DNA of 58,443 nt from Pseudomonadota bacterium. Its GTDB lineage: Bacteria > Pseudomonadota > Gammaproteobacteria > Burkholderiales > Burkholderiaceae_C. Made by a program: the position numbers and the translations under genes. The DNA lies in NCBI GenBank assembly GCA_041159205.1, contig JBEAZY010000178.1, positions 1 through 58,443 of the forward strand, given 5' to 3'. Every line of letters starts with the position of its first letter. Within the stretch, counting starts at the first letter, position 1. Under the pieces are notes generated by a model. It was not told where the DNA came from and did no database searches. It saw nothing but the letters and a program-made list of their open reading frames with translations. This document shows positions 49,877 through 58,443 of the stretch, piece after piece.

Positions 49877-50822
49877 GGGCCATGCTGAGTTTGCGCCGGT
49901 AACGCGACACCAGCTCGGCCTGCGGGTCTTGTTGGGCCATGGCTTTACCCGCGATTTCGATGCCGCCCGCAGGCGTTTTGTCTGCCGGATCAGTTTTGGG
50001 CTTGGGCGGCGAGAGCAATTCCAAAATGCCGATGTAGATCCGGCGCGGCAACTCTTCTGACCAAGCCTTGTCGCGCATGATGATCTCGATCAGTTCATCC
50101 ATGGCGGGCTCAAAGTGGCCCGCCGCCATCAGCAAGCGGGCTTTGGCCAGGCGTGTGTCGAAATCGCGCGGTTGGGTCGAGAGCGCGGCGTCAAATTGGG
50201 CCATGGTCCACTGGGCGCGTTCATCGGTAGTGGCAAATTGCAGGGCTTGCAGCCAGTGCATGAGCGCTTCAAAACGCAGTTGTCGCGGCATTTGGGCCAA
50301 GGCCGGCGCCAGCGCGGCTTCGGCGTTTTCGAGCTCACCCATGGCGATGAGCAGTTTCACATAATCATGGCGCGCGTCGTCGTTGGCCGGATTGATCGCC
50401 AAGGCCTCTTGTAGCTTGGCCAAGGCGGCCTCGTGGTCGCCCTGGGCCATGAGGTCTTCGGCCTCGGCTGCGTCTGCTTCGGCCAGCAACTCACCTTCGG
50501 AAGGCAGGTGTTTGTTGAGGAATTCCCGCAGTTGGCCTTCAGGCTGTGCCCCCATAAAGCCGTCGACCGGTCGCCCGCCGACCATCAGCACGCAGGTGGG
50601 GATGCTGCGTATGCCAAAAGCGGCCGCCAATTGCTGTTCGTCGTCAGAATTGATTTTGACCAGCTTGAAGCGCCCGCCGTATTCGGCCTCGAGGCGCTCA
50701 AGCACCGGGCCCAGCGATTTGCATGGGCCGCACCAGGGGGCCCAGAAATCGACCAGCACCGGGGTGGCCATGGAGGCCTGCACCACCTCGGCTTCAAAAT
50801 TCTGCATGGTGACATCCAACAT
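49869..50822 (-). CDS. cnoX: Thioredoxin-TPR chaperedoxin (CnoX/YbbN)
   Basis: VDFWAPWCGPC, FGIRSIP, TPR region, C-terminal YRRKLS. Confidence 0.9.
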   Translation of the reverse strand: MLDVTMQNFEAEVVQASMATPVLVDFWAPWCGPCKSLGPVLERLEAEYGGRFKLVKINSDDEQQLAAAFGIRSIPTCVLMVGGRPVDGFMGAQPEGQLREFLNKHLPSEGELLAEADAAEAEDLMAQGDHEAALAKLQEALAINPANDDARHDYVKLLIAMGELENAEAALAPALAQMPRQLRFEALMHWLQALQFATTDERAQWTMAQFDAALSTQPRDFDTRLAKARLLMAAGHFEPAMDELIEIIMRDKAWSEELPRRIYIGILELLSPPKPKTDPADKTPAGGIEIAGKAMAQQDPQAELVSRYRRKLSMALN

Positions 50823-50888
50823 GATTTGAAACTCCAACGTTCAGCGCCCGAAGGCTAAAATGGGAGCATAACCGACACCGAAGTCCAA

Positions 50889-51386
50889 ATGACATCACCC
50901 ATCGTGGGCGTGGTCATGGGTTCTCAATCTGATTGGGACACCATGCAACACGCCACCCAGATCCTGCAATCATTCGGCGTGCCCTTTGAAGCACGCGTGG
51001 TTTCGGCCCACCGCATGCCCGACGATATGTTCCAGTACGCCGAGTCTGCCCCGGGGCGGGGTCTGCGTTGCATCATCGCCGGTGCCGGGGGTGCGGCGCA
51101 TCTGCCGGGGATGCTGGCGGCCAAAACAACCCTGCCGGTGTTGGGCGTGCCGGTGCCCAGCCGCCATCTGCAAGGCGTTGACTCGCTGCACAGCATCGTG
51201 CAAATGCCCAAGGGGGTGCCGGTGGCCACTTTCGCCATCGGGGCTGCCGGGGCCGCCAATGCCGCGCTGTTTGCGGTGGCCATGCTGGCGCACGAGCACC
51301 CGGCATGGGCGGAGCAATTGGCCCAGTTCAGGCGTACTCAAACCGAGGATGCGCGCGCCATGCGTGTGCCGCCTCAGGCCGGATGA
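50889..51386 (+). CDS. purE: N5-CAIR mutase
   Basis: [32 protein letters not shown]. Confidence 0.97.
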   Translation: MTSPIVGVVMGSQSDWDTMQHATQILQSFGVPFEARVVSAHRMPDDMFQYAESAPGRGLRCIIAGAGGAAHLPGMLAAKTTLPVLGVPVPSRHLQGVDSLHSIVQMPKGVPVATFAIGAAGAANAALFAVAMLAHEHPAWAEQLAQFRRTQTEDARAMRVPPQAG

Positions 51387-52585
51387 ACCCGAGGACGGTT
51401 GTGCCCCCGGGTGCCTGGCTGGGCATGCTGGGGGGCGGGCAACTGGGGCGCATGTGGGTGCATGCCGCGCAAAGCCTGGGCTACCGTTGTCTGGTGCTGG
51501 ACCCCGATCCGGACAGCCCGGCCGGGCGGGCGGCAGAGAAACACCTGTTGGCCGATTATCTGGACCCGCAGGCCCTGGACGAGATGGGACATGGGTGCGC
51601 GGCGGTCAGCACCGAGTTTGAAAACGTGCCCGCGCAGGCACTCGCCCATTTGGCCCGACTGACCCGGGTCACGCCGAACGCCGATGCGGTGTCCATCGCC
51701 CAAGACCGGGCCCGTGAAAAAGCCCACTTTCAGTCATGCGGCGTGGCCGTGGCGCCGTACCGCCTGATTGAAAACCTGGCCGACCTCGCCAAGGTGAGTG
51801 CGGATGGGTTTCCGGGCATCCTGAAAACAACCCGAATGGGCTATGACGGCAAAGGTCAGGCACGCGTGCGCGATGCGGCCGGCTTGGCTGCGGCCTGGCA
51901 CAGCCTGCAGGGCCCGGGTAGCGCAGCCCCGGTGCCCTGCGTGCTGGAGCAGCAATTGCCTTTGCAAACCGAGTGCTCGGTGGTGTTGGCCCGGGCCGCC
52001 GACGGCAGTCTCACCCATTTGCCTGTGCAACGCAATCTGCACCGCCAGGGCATTTTGGCCTTGACCGAGGTGGCCGAGGGGCTGGTCGATGCGGCTTTGT
52101 CGCGCCAACTGGTGCGGGCCGCGCAGGCCATTGCCGAGGGCCTGAATTATGTGGGGGTCTTGTGCGTGGAGTTTTTTTTGCTGGCGCAAGGTGATGGCGG
52201 TGTGCGCTGGGTGGTCAACGAGATCGCGCCACGCCCGCACAATAGCGGGCACCACAGCATGGACGCCTGCGATCTGTCGCAGTTTGAGTTGCAAGTGCGC
52301 TGCATGGCTGGCCTGCCCCTGCGGGAAGTGCGCCTGCACAGCCCGGTGGCGATGATCAATCTGCTGGGCGACTTGTGGTGGCAGCAAGGGCAAGCGCGCG
52401 AGCCCGATTGGGCCACCTTGCTGAACATCCCCGGCACCCGGCTGCACCTGTATGGCAAGGCCGAGGCCCGCCCGGGCCGCAAGATGGGTCACCTCAACAT
52501 CACCGGGGAGAGTCTGGCGCAGGTGCGCCAGCGGCGTGATCAAGCCGCGCTGTGTCTGGGCTTGGCCCCCTTTGACCCCGCATGA
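51383..52585 (+). CDS. purK: N5-CAIR synthase
   Basis: [46 protein letters not shown]. Confidence 0.97.
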   Translation: MNPRTVVPPGAWLGMLGGGQLGRMWVHAAQSLGYRCLVLDPDPDSPAGRAAEKHLLADYLDPQALDEMGHGCAAVSTEFENVPAQALAHLARLTRVTPNADAVSIAQDRAREKAHFQSCGVAVAPYRLIENLADLAKVSADGFPGILKTTRMGYDGKGQARVRDAAGLAAAWHSLQGPGSAAPVPCVLEQQLPLQTECSVVLARAADGSLTHLPVQRNLHRQGILALTEVAEGLVDAALSRQLVRAAQAIAEGLNYVGVLCVEFFLLAQGDGGVRWVVNEIAPRPHNSGHHSMDACDLSQFELQVRCMAGLPLREVRLHSPVAMINLLGDLWWQQGQAREPDWATLLNIPGTRLHLYGKAEARPGRKMGHLNITGESLAQVRQRRDQAALCLGLAPFDPA

Positions 52586-53577
52586 TCTGGCCCGGCCACG
52601 ACCCCGCGCATGTGGCCCAGGCCGCGCAATGGCTGGCGCAGGGTCGATTGCTGGGCTTTCCCACCGAAACCGTGTATGGCCTGGGCGCGGACGCACAACA
52701 GGATGAGGCGGTCATGGCCATTTATGCGGCCAAAGGGCGTCCGACCGGTCACCCGCTGATCGTGCACATTGCCGAAGCGGACGATGCGGTGCATTTTGCA
52801 GACCCGATCCCGGACTTTGCATTGGCGCTGATGCAGGCCCATTGGCCCGGGCCATTGACGCTGATCCTGCCACGCCGCCATGGAGTGGCTGGGGCCAGCG
52901 CCGCGCATCAGCCCAGCATCGGCTTGCGTTGCCCGAGCCACCCGGTGGCGCAATCGTTGTTGCGGGCGGCGCGCCTCTTGGGGGTGATGGGGGTTTCCGG
53001 GCCCAGCGCCAACCGGTTTGGGCGGGTCAGCCCGACGCGCGCGGAACATGTAGAGCGTGAGTTTGGTGCCGATCTGCCCGTGCTCGATGGTGGCCCTTGC
53101 GCGGTGGGGATTGAGTCTGCGATTGTGGATTGCACCCGGGGGGAGCCTGTGCTGTTGCGCCCCGGCATGTTGCAGGCGGATCGCTTGTCGATCAGCGCGG
53201 GGCGGCCTGTGCGCACGCCTGGAGAGGGCGGCCTGGCCATGCCCGGCCCGGCCCCCAAGGCATCGGGCACCCTGGCCTCGCACTATGCGCCCGACGCCCG
53301 TGTGCGCCTGCTGGACGACGAGGCCATGGCACAGGCCGCGCACACCCTGGCCCCATCGCAGTTGGCCCAAATCGCTGTCTGGTCGCCGCAGCCGCCCCGG
53401 TTTGCGCCCGGGCGCTGGCGCGCCATGCCCACCGATGCCGGTGCTTGCGCCCACGAGCTGTTTCAGGTGCTGCGTGACTTCGAAGCGTGGGGCGCGAAGG
53501 AAATCTGGGTCAGCCCCGTACCCGCCGATCCGGCGTGGGACGGTGTGCGCGATCGCCTGACCCGCGCCAGCCACTGA
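52582..53577 (+). CDS. tsaC: L-threonylcarbamoyladenylate synthase (Sua5 type)
   Basis: FPTETVYGLGA, KGRP..HPLIVH, WPGPLT, PSAN, GIESAIVD, SHYAP. Confidence 0.95.
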   Translation: MIWPGHDPAHVAQAAQWLAQGRLLGFPTETVYGLGADAQQDEAVMAIYAAKGRPTGHPLIVHIAEADDAVHFADPIPDFALALMQAHWPGPLTLILPRRHGVAGASAAHQPSIGLRCPSHPVAQSLLRAARLLGVMGVSGPSANRFGRVSPTRAEHVEREFGADLPVLDGGPCAVGIESAIVDCTRGEPVLLRPGMLQADRLSISAGRPVRTPGEGGLAMPGPAPKASGTLASHYAPDARVRLLDDEAMAQAAHTLAPSQLAQIAVWSPQPPRFAPGRWRAMPTDAGACAHELFQVLRDFEAWGAKEIWVSPVPADPAWDGVRDRLTRASH

Positions 53578-53632
53578 TGGGCGCATGGTTGGCACTTGCC
53601 AGTAAACTGTAGCCGATGTAACGGAGATTCAG

Positions 53633-54823
53633 ATGACTTTAGGGCATCACCCTGTGATTCGAGGAGTTTTATGGGCCTGCGGACTGAGCTTGGTCCTGGG
53701 TCTGACGGCCTGTGGGGGTGTGGGCACCAAATACGATGAATTTTTGCCCAAGCGCCTGGTCGTGCTGGGGGACGAAATCAGCTATGTCGGCTGCGTCGAG
53801 ACCAGTGGGGTCTGTCAGGGGAGCATCAGCACGGACCGCTTCACGCTGAACTACGACTCGGCAGACTCCGCCTCGTTTTTCAACAACTGGGTGACCGTGT
53901 TGGCAAGGCTTTATGGTCTGACTGTGGATCGTATTGTCGAATCGACTTATGTGGCACCGGGCCAGACACCCGGCCAATCCGGGCGGCGCGCCACCCGCAA
54001 GGGCGCCACGGCCCCCGTGGTGCGGGCGCAAGCCGATGGCATTCCACCCTATCAACAGGGCGATATGCTGATCATCTCGGGCGGGGCCAATGACATCTTG
54101 TGTGTGATGCGCAACGACGCCACAGGTTGCTCCAGCACCACTGTGCGCCCTGGCCTGGATCCGCAGAAAATGATTGATGCCGTCCAAGCCAACGGTCTGG
54201 GACAGAACAAAGCCTTGCGCCTGATCGCGGCCGCGCATGCCTACCAGCAATTGGCGCTGGACATGATCGGGCGCGGGCACCGGAACATTTTCGTGGTGCC
54301 CGTCTACGACTTCAGCAACAGCCCCGACCTGAACAGTTTTTGCAGTGGTTGCTCGTCGTCTGACCTCAAAACCGCCACCAACCTGTTCAATATTGCCTTG
54401 CGCGCCTTCACCGATGGCCAGGGCACTCCGCTGTCGTTCAGCCCTGGTGAGCCGCGCATTTTGCTTACCACGGGCGTCACCTCGTCTGACGCCCAGTATG
54501 TCAACATCACCCAATTCACCCCCGTGCCCGGCAGTTCGGTCTATAACTTTGCCCTCAGCCCGTCGATTTGCGGCAGCCAGGCCAGCAGCGACTTATCCAA
54601 CTCGGGTTGCAGCTGGAACGGCCTTTTCGCCGAAAGCTCTGGCGTGACCCCGAAGTTCAATGGAAGACTCTATGCCGACTCGGTGACAGGAGACGCGCGT
54701 CCCGCGTTCTTGAGCAGCCTGGGGCGTCAGGTGTACACCGCCGATTTTTATTTGTCTCCTTTGGTCCAAACATCGGTCGGCAGCATTTTCTATAACTTTA
54801 TGCGCGGCTTTCAGGGCTGGTGA
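53633..54823 (+). CDS. SGNH/GDSL-fold lipoprotein, apparently catalytically degenerate
   Basis: LTAC lipobox; block I LGDEISYVG; block III GGANDI; block V TADFYLSP. Confidence 0.65.
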   Translation: MTLGHHPVIRGVLWACGLSLVLGLTACGGVGTKYDEFLPKRLVVLGDEISYVGCVETSGVCQGSISTDRFTLNYDSADSASFFNNWVTVLARLYGLTVDRIVESTYVAPGQTPGQSGRRATRKGATAPVVRAQADGIPPYQQGDMLIISGGANDILCVMRNDATGCSSTTVRPGLDPQKMIDAVQANGLGQNKALRLIAAAHAYQQLALDMIGRGHRNIFVVPVYDFSNSPDLNSFCSGCSSSDLKTATNLFNIALRAFTDGQGTPLSFSPGEPRILLTTGVTSSDAQYVNITQFTPVPGSSVYNFALSPSICGSQASSDLSNSGCSWNGLFAESSGVTPKFNGRLYADSVTGDARPAFLSSLGRQVYTADFYLSPLVQTSVGSIFYNFMRGFQGW

Positions 54824-56259
54824 GGCAAGACGGCGGTCCAGTCAACCAGGGCATCGAGCACCGCCCGAGCGGTTTGGGCCTGGGGGTGTTCGATGATGGC
54901 CACCAGCACCCATCGCTGGCCCGCCTCGCCATCGACATAGCCCGCCACCGCCAGCACTTGTCGCAGGCTGCCGGTTTTGAGGTGGGCGCTGGCCGCCGAG
55001 CGTGACCGGCGCAGGGTGCCGTCCAAGCCGCCGATGGGCAGCGAGGACATCAGTTCAGACATATAGGGCGCGGCCCAAGCGCGCTGCAACAGCACCGCCA
55101 GGCCCTGGGCGGTCATGCGCCCGCTGCGGCTCAGGCCCGAGCCGTTGTCCACCACCAAACCCGGCACGCCCACACGGCGATCCCACCAGCGCTGCACCAG
55201 CTCGCGCGAGGCGTCCACCCGCCCGACGCCCATGGCCTGTAGGCTGAGGGTCAGGAAGACCTGTTCGGCCATCAGGTTGTTGCTGAATTTGTTGATGTCG
55301 CGCACCAGCTCAGCCAAGGGAGGGGAGTCGGTGTGCAGCAAAGGGGTGGCGCTCGGGGTCAGTCGCCCCTCGCGGACGCGGCCGCCGAGTTGCCCGCCGA
55401 CGGCGCGCCACAAACCCTCGATAGCACGGCCTGCGTGGCCGGGCGGGTCGGCATAGGCCAGGGGCCAGGCGCGTTCACCGCATGAAGCGGGGTAGTTGCC
55501 CCGAAAAATGATCTGTGCCGGGTCACCCAAGTCGGCCTTGAGGGCCGAGCGGTAGTCGGTGCATGGCCCCTGGGTCAGAGGCACCGTCTCGGGCACGCGC
55601 AGGCCAGCCAGGGGCGGCTCGACGTGCACGCGGGCCAGGCCGGCCCGGTTGTCGGGCACAAATTGCAGCACCATCGATTTGAAATTCACCACCAGCGCGT
55701 CGGGCCCGGCGTTGTAGGGGCGATGCGGCTCGCCGTCGAATAGCCCCGGGTCGGTCGGGCCGACCTCGAAAGCACTGCGGTCGAGCACGATATCGCCTTC
55801 GATGTGTTGTATGCCCAGGGCTCGAACCCGGCGCAGCAAAAGCCATAAGCGTTCCACCACCAATTTGGGGTCGCCCTGACCCTGCACATACAGATTGCCC
55901 CGCAAGCTGCCGCCGACGACGGGCCCGTCGGCAGCGACCTGGGTGCGCCAGGCATAGGCGGGGCCCAGGGTTTCGAGGGCCACGCTGGTGGTGAGCAGCT
56001 TCATCAGAGAGGCCGGGTTCACCGGCACTTCGGCGCGGTGGCTCAGGCGCGCCGGGCCCCCCTGGGCGGGCGCCACCACCACATGCAATGCGGCCGCTGG
56101 CAGCTGGGCCTGTTGCAGGGCGCGGTTCACTTCGGCGGGCAAAGCCTGCGCGCAAGCGGTGGCCCACAGACCCAGCACCATGCACAGGGCCAGGGAAGTT
56201 TTGCAAGCCTTCCTTAGGGCAGTGTGGCAGAACAGCCCTGGTGCGAATTTCTGGTTCAT
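54811..56259 (-). CDS. dacB: D-Ala-D-Ala carboxypeptidase/endopeptidase PBP4
   Basis: PASLMK (SxxK), KFSNN (SxN), HLKTGSL (KTG), DNGSGLSR. Confidence 0.95.
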   Translation of the reverse strand: MNQKFAPGLFCHTALRKACKTSLALCMVLGLWATACAQALPAEVNRALQQAQLPAAALHVVVAPAQGGPARLSHRAEVPVNPASLMKLLTTSVALETLGPAYAWRTQVAADGPVVGGSLRGNLYVQGQGDPKLVVERLWLLLRRVRALGIQHIEGDIVLDRSAFEVGPTDPGLFDGEPHRPYNAGPDALVVNFKSMVLQFVPDNRAGLARVHVEPPLAGLRVPETVPLTQGPCTDYRSALKADLGDPAQIIFRGNYPASCGERAWPLAYADPPGHAGRAIEGLWRAVGGQLGGRVREGRLTPSATPLLHTDSPPLAELVRDINKFSNNLMAEQVFLTLSLQAMGVGRVDASRELVQRWWDRRVGVPGLVVDNGSGLSRSGRMTAQGLAVLLQRAWAAPYMSELMSSLPIGGLDGTLRRSRSAASAHLKTGSLRQVLAVAGYVDGEAGQRWVLVAIIEHPQAQTARAVLDALVDWTAVLPHQP

Positions 56260-56311
56260 GACAAATGGGTGGTGGGCGGGCTTGCGATAATCGGAGATTA
56301 TCCTGATCGTA

Positions 56312-57019
56312 ATGAAACTTCTGGCTTTTGACACCAGCACCGACACATTGCACCTGGGTGCCAGTGACGGGCAGCGCAACCTGACCCATGCCGAACCCGG
56401 CGGGGCGCAGTCTTCGGCCCGCATTGTGCCGCTGGCCCAGGCCACCCTGCACGAATTGGGCCTGGGTTGGGCCGATCTGGATGCCATCGTGATGGGGCGG
56501 GGCCCCGGTTCTTTCACCGGCCTGCGCACCGCCTGCGCGGTGGCCCAGGGCTTGGCCTATGGGGCCCGGCGACCGGTCATCCCCATCGACACCCTGTGGG
56601 CCATGGCCGAAGATGCCCGGCAAGACCAGACTGAGGCCAGGGTGCTGGCCGTGCTTGATGCCCGCATGGGCCAGTTTTATGTGGCCGCCTGGCATTACCA
56701 GGCCGGGCGCTGGACCCTGGTCGAGGACAACGCCCTGAAGAACCCGCCTGAGGTGCATTGGCCCGGCACTTGGCTTGAACAGGGGTCGGTATTGACCGCG
56801 GCCGGACTGGGCCTGGACCCGCTTTGGCCCCGCTTGCAAGGCGGCAGCGGGCCACCCCGGCAAAAGATGACCGCAACGCCTAACGCCAAGGCCCTGCTGC
56901 GTTTGGCCCCGCACGCATGGGCCGAAGGTCTGGCGGTGCCCGCCGAGGGCGCTTTGCCGCTGTATGTGCGCGACAAAGTCGCCCTGACCATGGCCGAGCG
57001 TGCGGCCCCCCAGCCGTGA
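56312..57019 (+). CDS. tsaB: tRNA threonylcarbamoyladenosine biosynthesis protein TsaB
   Basis: LAFDTST, GPGSFTGLR, LDARMG, PLYVRDKVA. Confidence 0.95.
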   Translation: MKLLAFDTSTDTLHLGASDGQRNLTHAEPGGAQSSARIVPLAQATLHELGLGWADLDAIVMGRGPGSFTGLRTACAVAQGLAYGARRPVIPIDTLWAMAEDARQDQTEARVLAVLDARMGQFYVAAWHYQAGRWTLVEDNALKNPPEVHWPGTWLEQGSVLTAAGLGLDPLWPRLQGGSGPPRQKMTATPNAKALLRLAPHAWAEGLAVPAEGALPLYVRDKVALTMAERAAPQP

Positions 57020-57032
57020 GGCGACCGACCCT

Positions 57033-57491
57033 ATGAGTGCCAGCGTTCACTTCCGTCCAATGACATTGCCAGACTTGGATGTGATCTGCGAAATTGAAAA
57101 AACCGCCTATTCACACCCCTGGGGTCGGGGCCATTTTGAAGACTCGCTGCGCGCCGGGCATTGGGCCCGGGTGCTGGAGGGCCAGGGGTCTGCGCTCTGG
57201 GGCTATGTGGTGGCCATGCCCGGCGTGGAAGAAAGCCATTTGCTGAACCTGACGGTGGCACCCGACCGGCAGGGGCAGGGCTGGGCGCGCTGGATGCTGG
57301 ATGCCCTGGTGGCCTGGTCGAGGCAGCAAGCAGCCCGCCAGCTTTGGCTGGAAGTCCGCGCCAGCAACGCCCGGGCACGTCGCTTGTATGTGGCATATGG
57401 CTTTGAGCATGCCGGTGAACGCAAACACTATTACCCGGGCCTGGGTCGCCAGCGCGAGAACGCGGTGGTGATGCGTCTGGCGCTGGCTTAA
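57033..57491 (+). CDS. rimI: Ribosomal protein S18 alanine N-acetyltransferase
   Basis: HLLNLTVAP..QGQG, LWLEVRASN..A..LY, RKHYY, ENAVVM. Confidence 0.93.
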   Translation: MSASVHFRPMTLPDLDVICEIEKTAYSHPWGRGHFEDSLRAGHWARVLEGQGSALWGYVVAMPGVEESHLLNLTVAPDRQGQGWARWMLDALVAWSRQQAARQLWLEVRASNARARRLYVAYGFEHAGERKHYYPGLGRQRENAVVMRLALA

Positions 57492-57500
57492 GATGTGCCC

Positions 57501-58388
57501 ATGAGTTTGAGCCTCGACCCACGACGAAGGACCATGTTGACCCACATGGGCCTGCGTCTGGATTTTTTGCCGATCCAATCGGACTGGGATGAGCCCGTGG
57601 TGCCAGCGCCGCAGGTGGACGCCCTGCCAACGGAGGTGCCCGCGGAGGTGCCAGCTATGGCAGGCCTGGTCCCCATGCGAGCGGGGCGCGACACGGCGGC
57701 GACCCGGGCTGCGGCGGTGGCCCGCCCGGATATCGCCCGGGCCGTGCGGCCCGATATCGCCCGGGCCGATTGGGGCCAATTGCAAGAGGCGGTGCGCGCT
57801 TGCCAAGCCTGCCCATTGTGCGCAAGCCGACACCAGACGGTGTTTGGCATGGGGGCCGAGCCACCGCAGAGCAGCGACACCGAGGGCGTGGGCTTGATGA
57901 TCGTGGGCGAGGCACCGGGCGAGCATGAAGATTTGCAGGGCTTGCCTTTTGTCGGGGCAGCGGGGCAACTGCTGGATCAGATGCTGTCGGCCCTGGGGGG
58001 GTCCAGGCACGAGGACGGCGGTCGGCTGGGTCGGGTCTATCTGGCCAATGTGCTGAAGTGCCGCCCGCCCGGTAACCGCAACCCGCAAGCCGAAGAGGTG
58101 GCGCAATGCCTGCCGTTTCTGCGGCGTCAGATCGAATTGCTCCGCCCTCGCCTGCTGCTGGCCATGGGGCGCTTTGGGGCGCAAGCGCTGTTGGCCGAAC
58201 AAATGCCGGACGTGGCGCAGACGCCGCTGGGGCAATTGCGCGGGCGCAGCTATAGCTATGAGGGCATACCGCTGGTCGTGACTTACCACCCGGCTTACCT
58301 GCTGCGCAACCCGGCAGAAAAGGGCAAGGTCTGGGCGGATCTGTGTCTGGCTCAGTCGCTGCAAGCGGGCCCTAAAATGGGCGCATGA
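57501..58388 (+). CDS. Uracil-DNA glycosylase family 4 (Fe-S)
   Basis: CQACPLC, VGEAPG..ED, PFVGAAG, NVLKCRPPGNRNP, TYHPAYLLR. Confidence 0.93.
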   Translation: MSLSLDPRRRTMLTHMGLRLDFLPIQSDWDEPVVPAPQVDALPTEVPAEVPAMAGLVPMRAGRDTAATRAAAVARPDIARAVRPDIARADWGQLQEAVRACQACPLCASRHQTVFGMGAEPPQSSDTEGVGLMIVGEAPGEHEDLQGLPFVGAAGQLLDQMLSALGGSRHEDGGRLGRVYLANVLKCRPPGNRNPQAEEVAQCLPFLRRQIELLRPRLLLAMGRFGAQALLAEQMPDVAQTPLGQLRGRSYSYEGIPLVVTYHPAYLLRNPAEKGKVWADLCLAQSLQAGPKMGA

Positions 58389-58443
58389 CTTTTCTGGACA
58401 TGCTCCGCGACGCCCAGCGCCGCCACCAATCGATGCTGTGTGT
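58385..58443 (+). CDS. pyrF: Orotidine-5'-phosphate decarboxylase, N-terminal fragment (truncated by window edge)
   Basis: MTFLDMLRDAQRRHQSMLC resembles the Burkholderiales PyrF N-terminus preceding VGLDP; ATGA overlap with udg. Only 19 codons are visible. Confidence 0.65.
   Translation, partial: MTFLDMLRDAQRRHQSMLC

Overview
A GC-rich chromosomal window, judged from gene order and protein style to be Burkholderiales (Comamonadaceae-like). It holds about 55 genes, mostly housekeeping: sucCD, moaC, purB, glnE, yhdP, mltA, an indolepyruvate:ferredoxin oxidoreductase, yajC-secDF, dprA/smg, def-fmt, pgk, pyk-fba-purC, purEK, tsaC, dacB, tsaB-rimI-udg and the start of pyrF. I found no rRNA, tRNA, CRISPR array, intact transposase or prophage. 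Accessory content: (1) a CarH/LitR-type B12 photoreceptor-repressor with intact motifs, divergent from an exported glutathione peroxidase plus a furan/methyl fatty-acid-modification (ufa/cfa-like) operon; (2) a stand-alone Co-type nitrile hydratase operon; (3) a tandem-OsmC protein with one Cys-less domain next to a type IV pilin; (4) a Tat/lipoprotein NHL beta-propeller on a Ser-Gly tether, preceded by an 80-bp MITE-like element related to a second IR-bounded element 14 kb away; (5) a Crp-family regulator plus a Delta12-like desaturase with candidate sigma54 and G-quadruplex motifs; (6) an SGNH-fold lipoprotein that lacks the catalytic residues. Across the window, at least 11 genes have a -10-like hexamer only 6-7 nt before the start codon, suggesting frequent leaderless transcription. 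All family calls come from motif recognition by eye; no database search was run, so novelty is not established for any finding.
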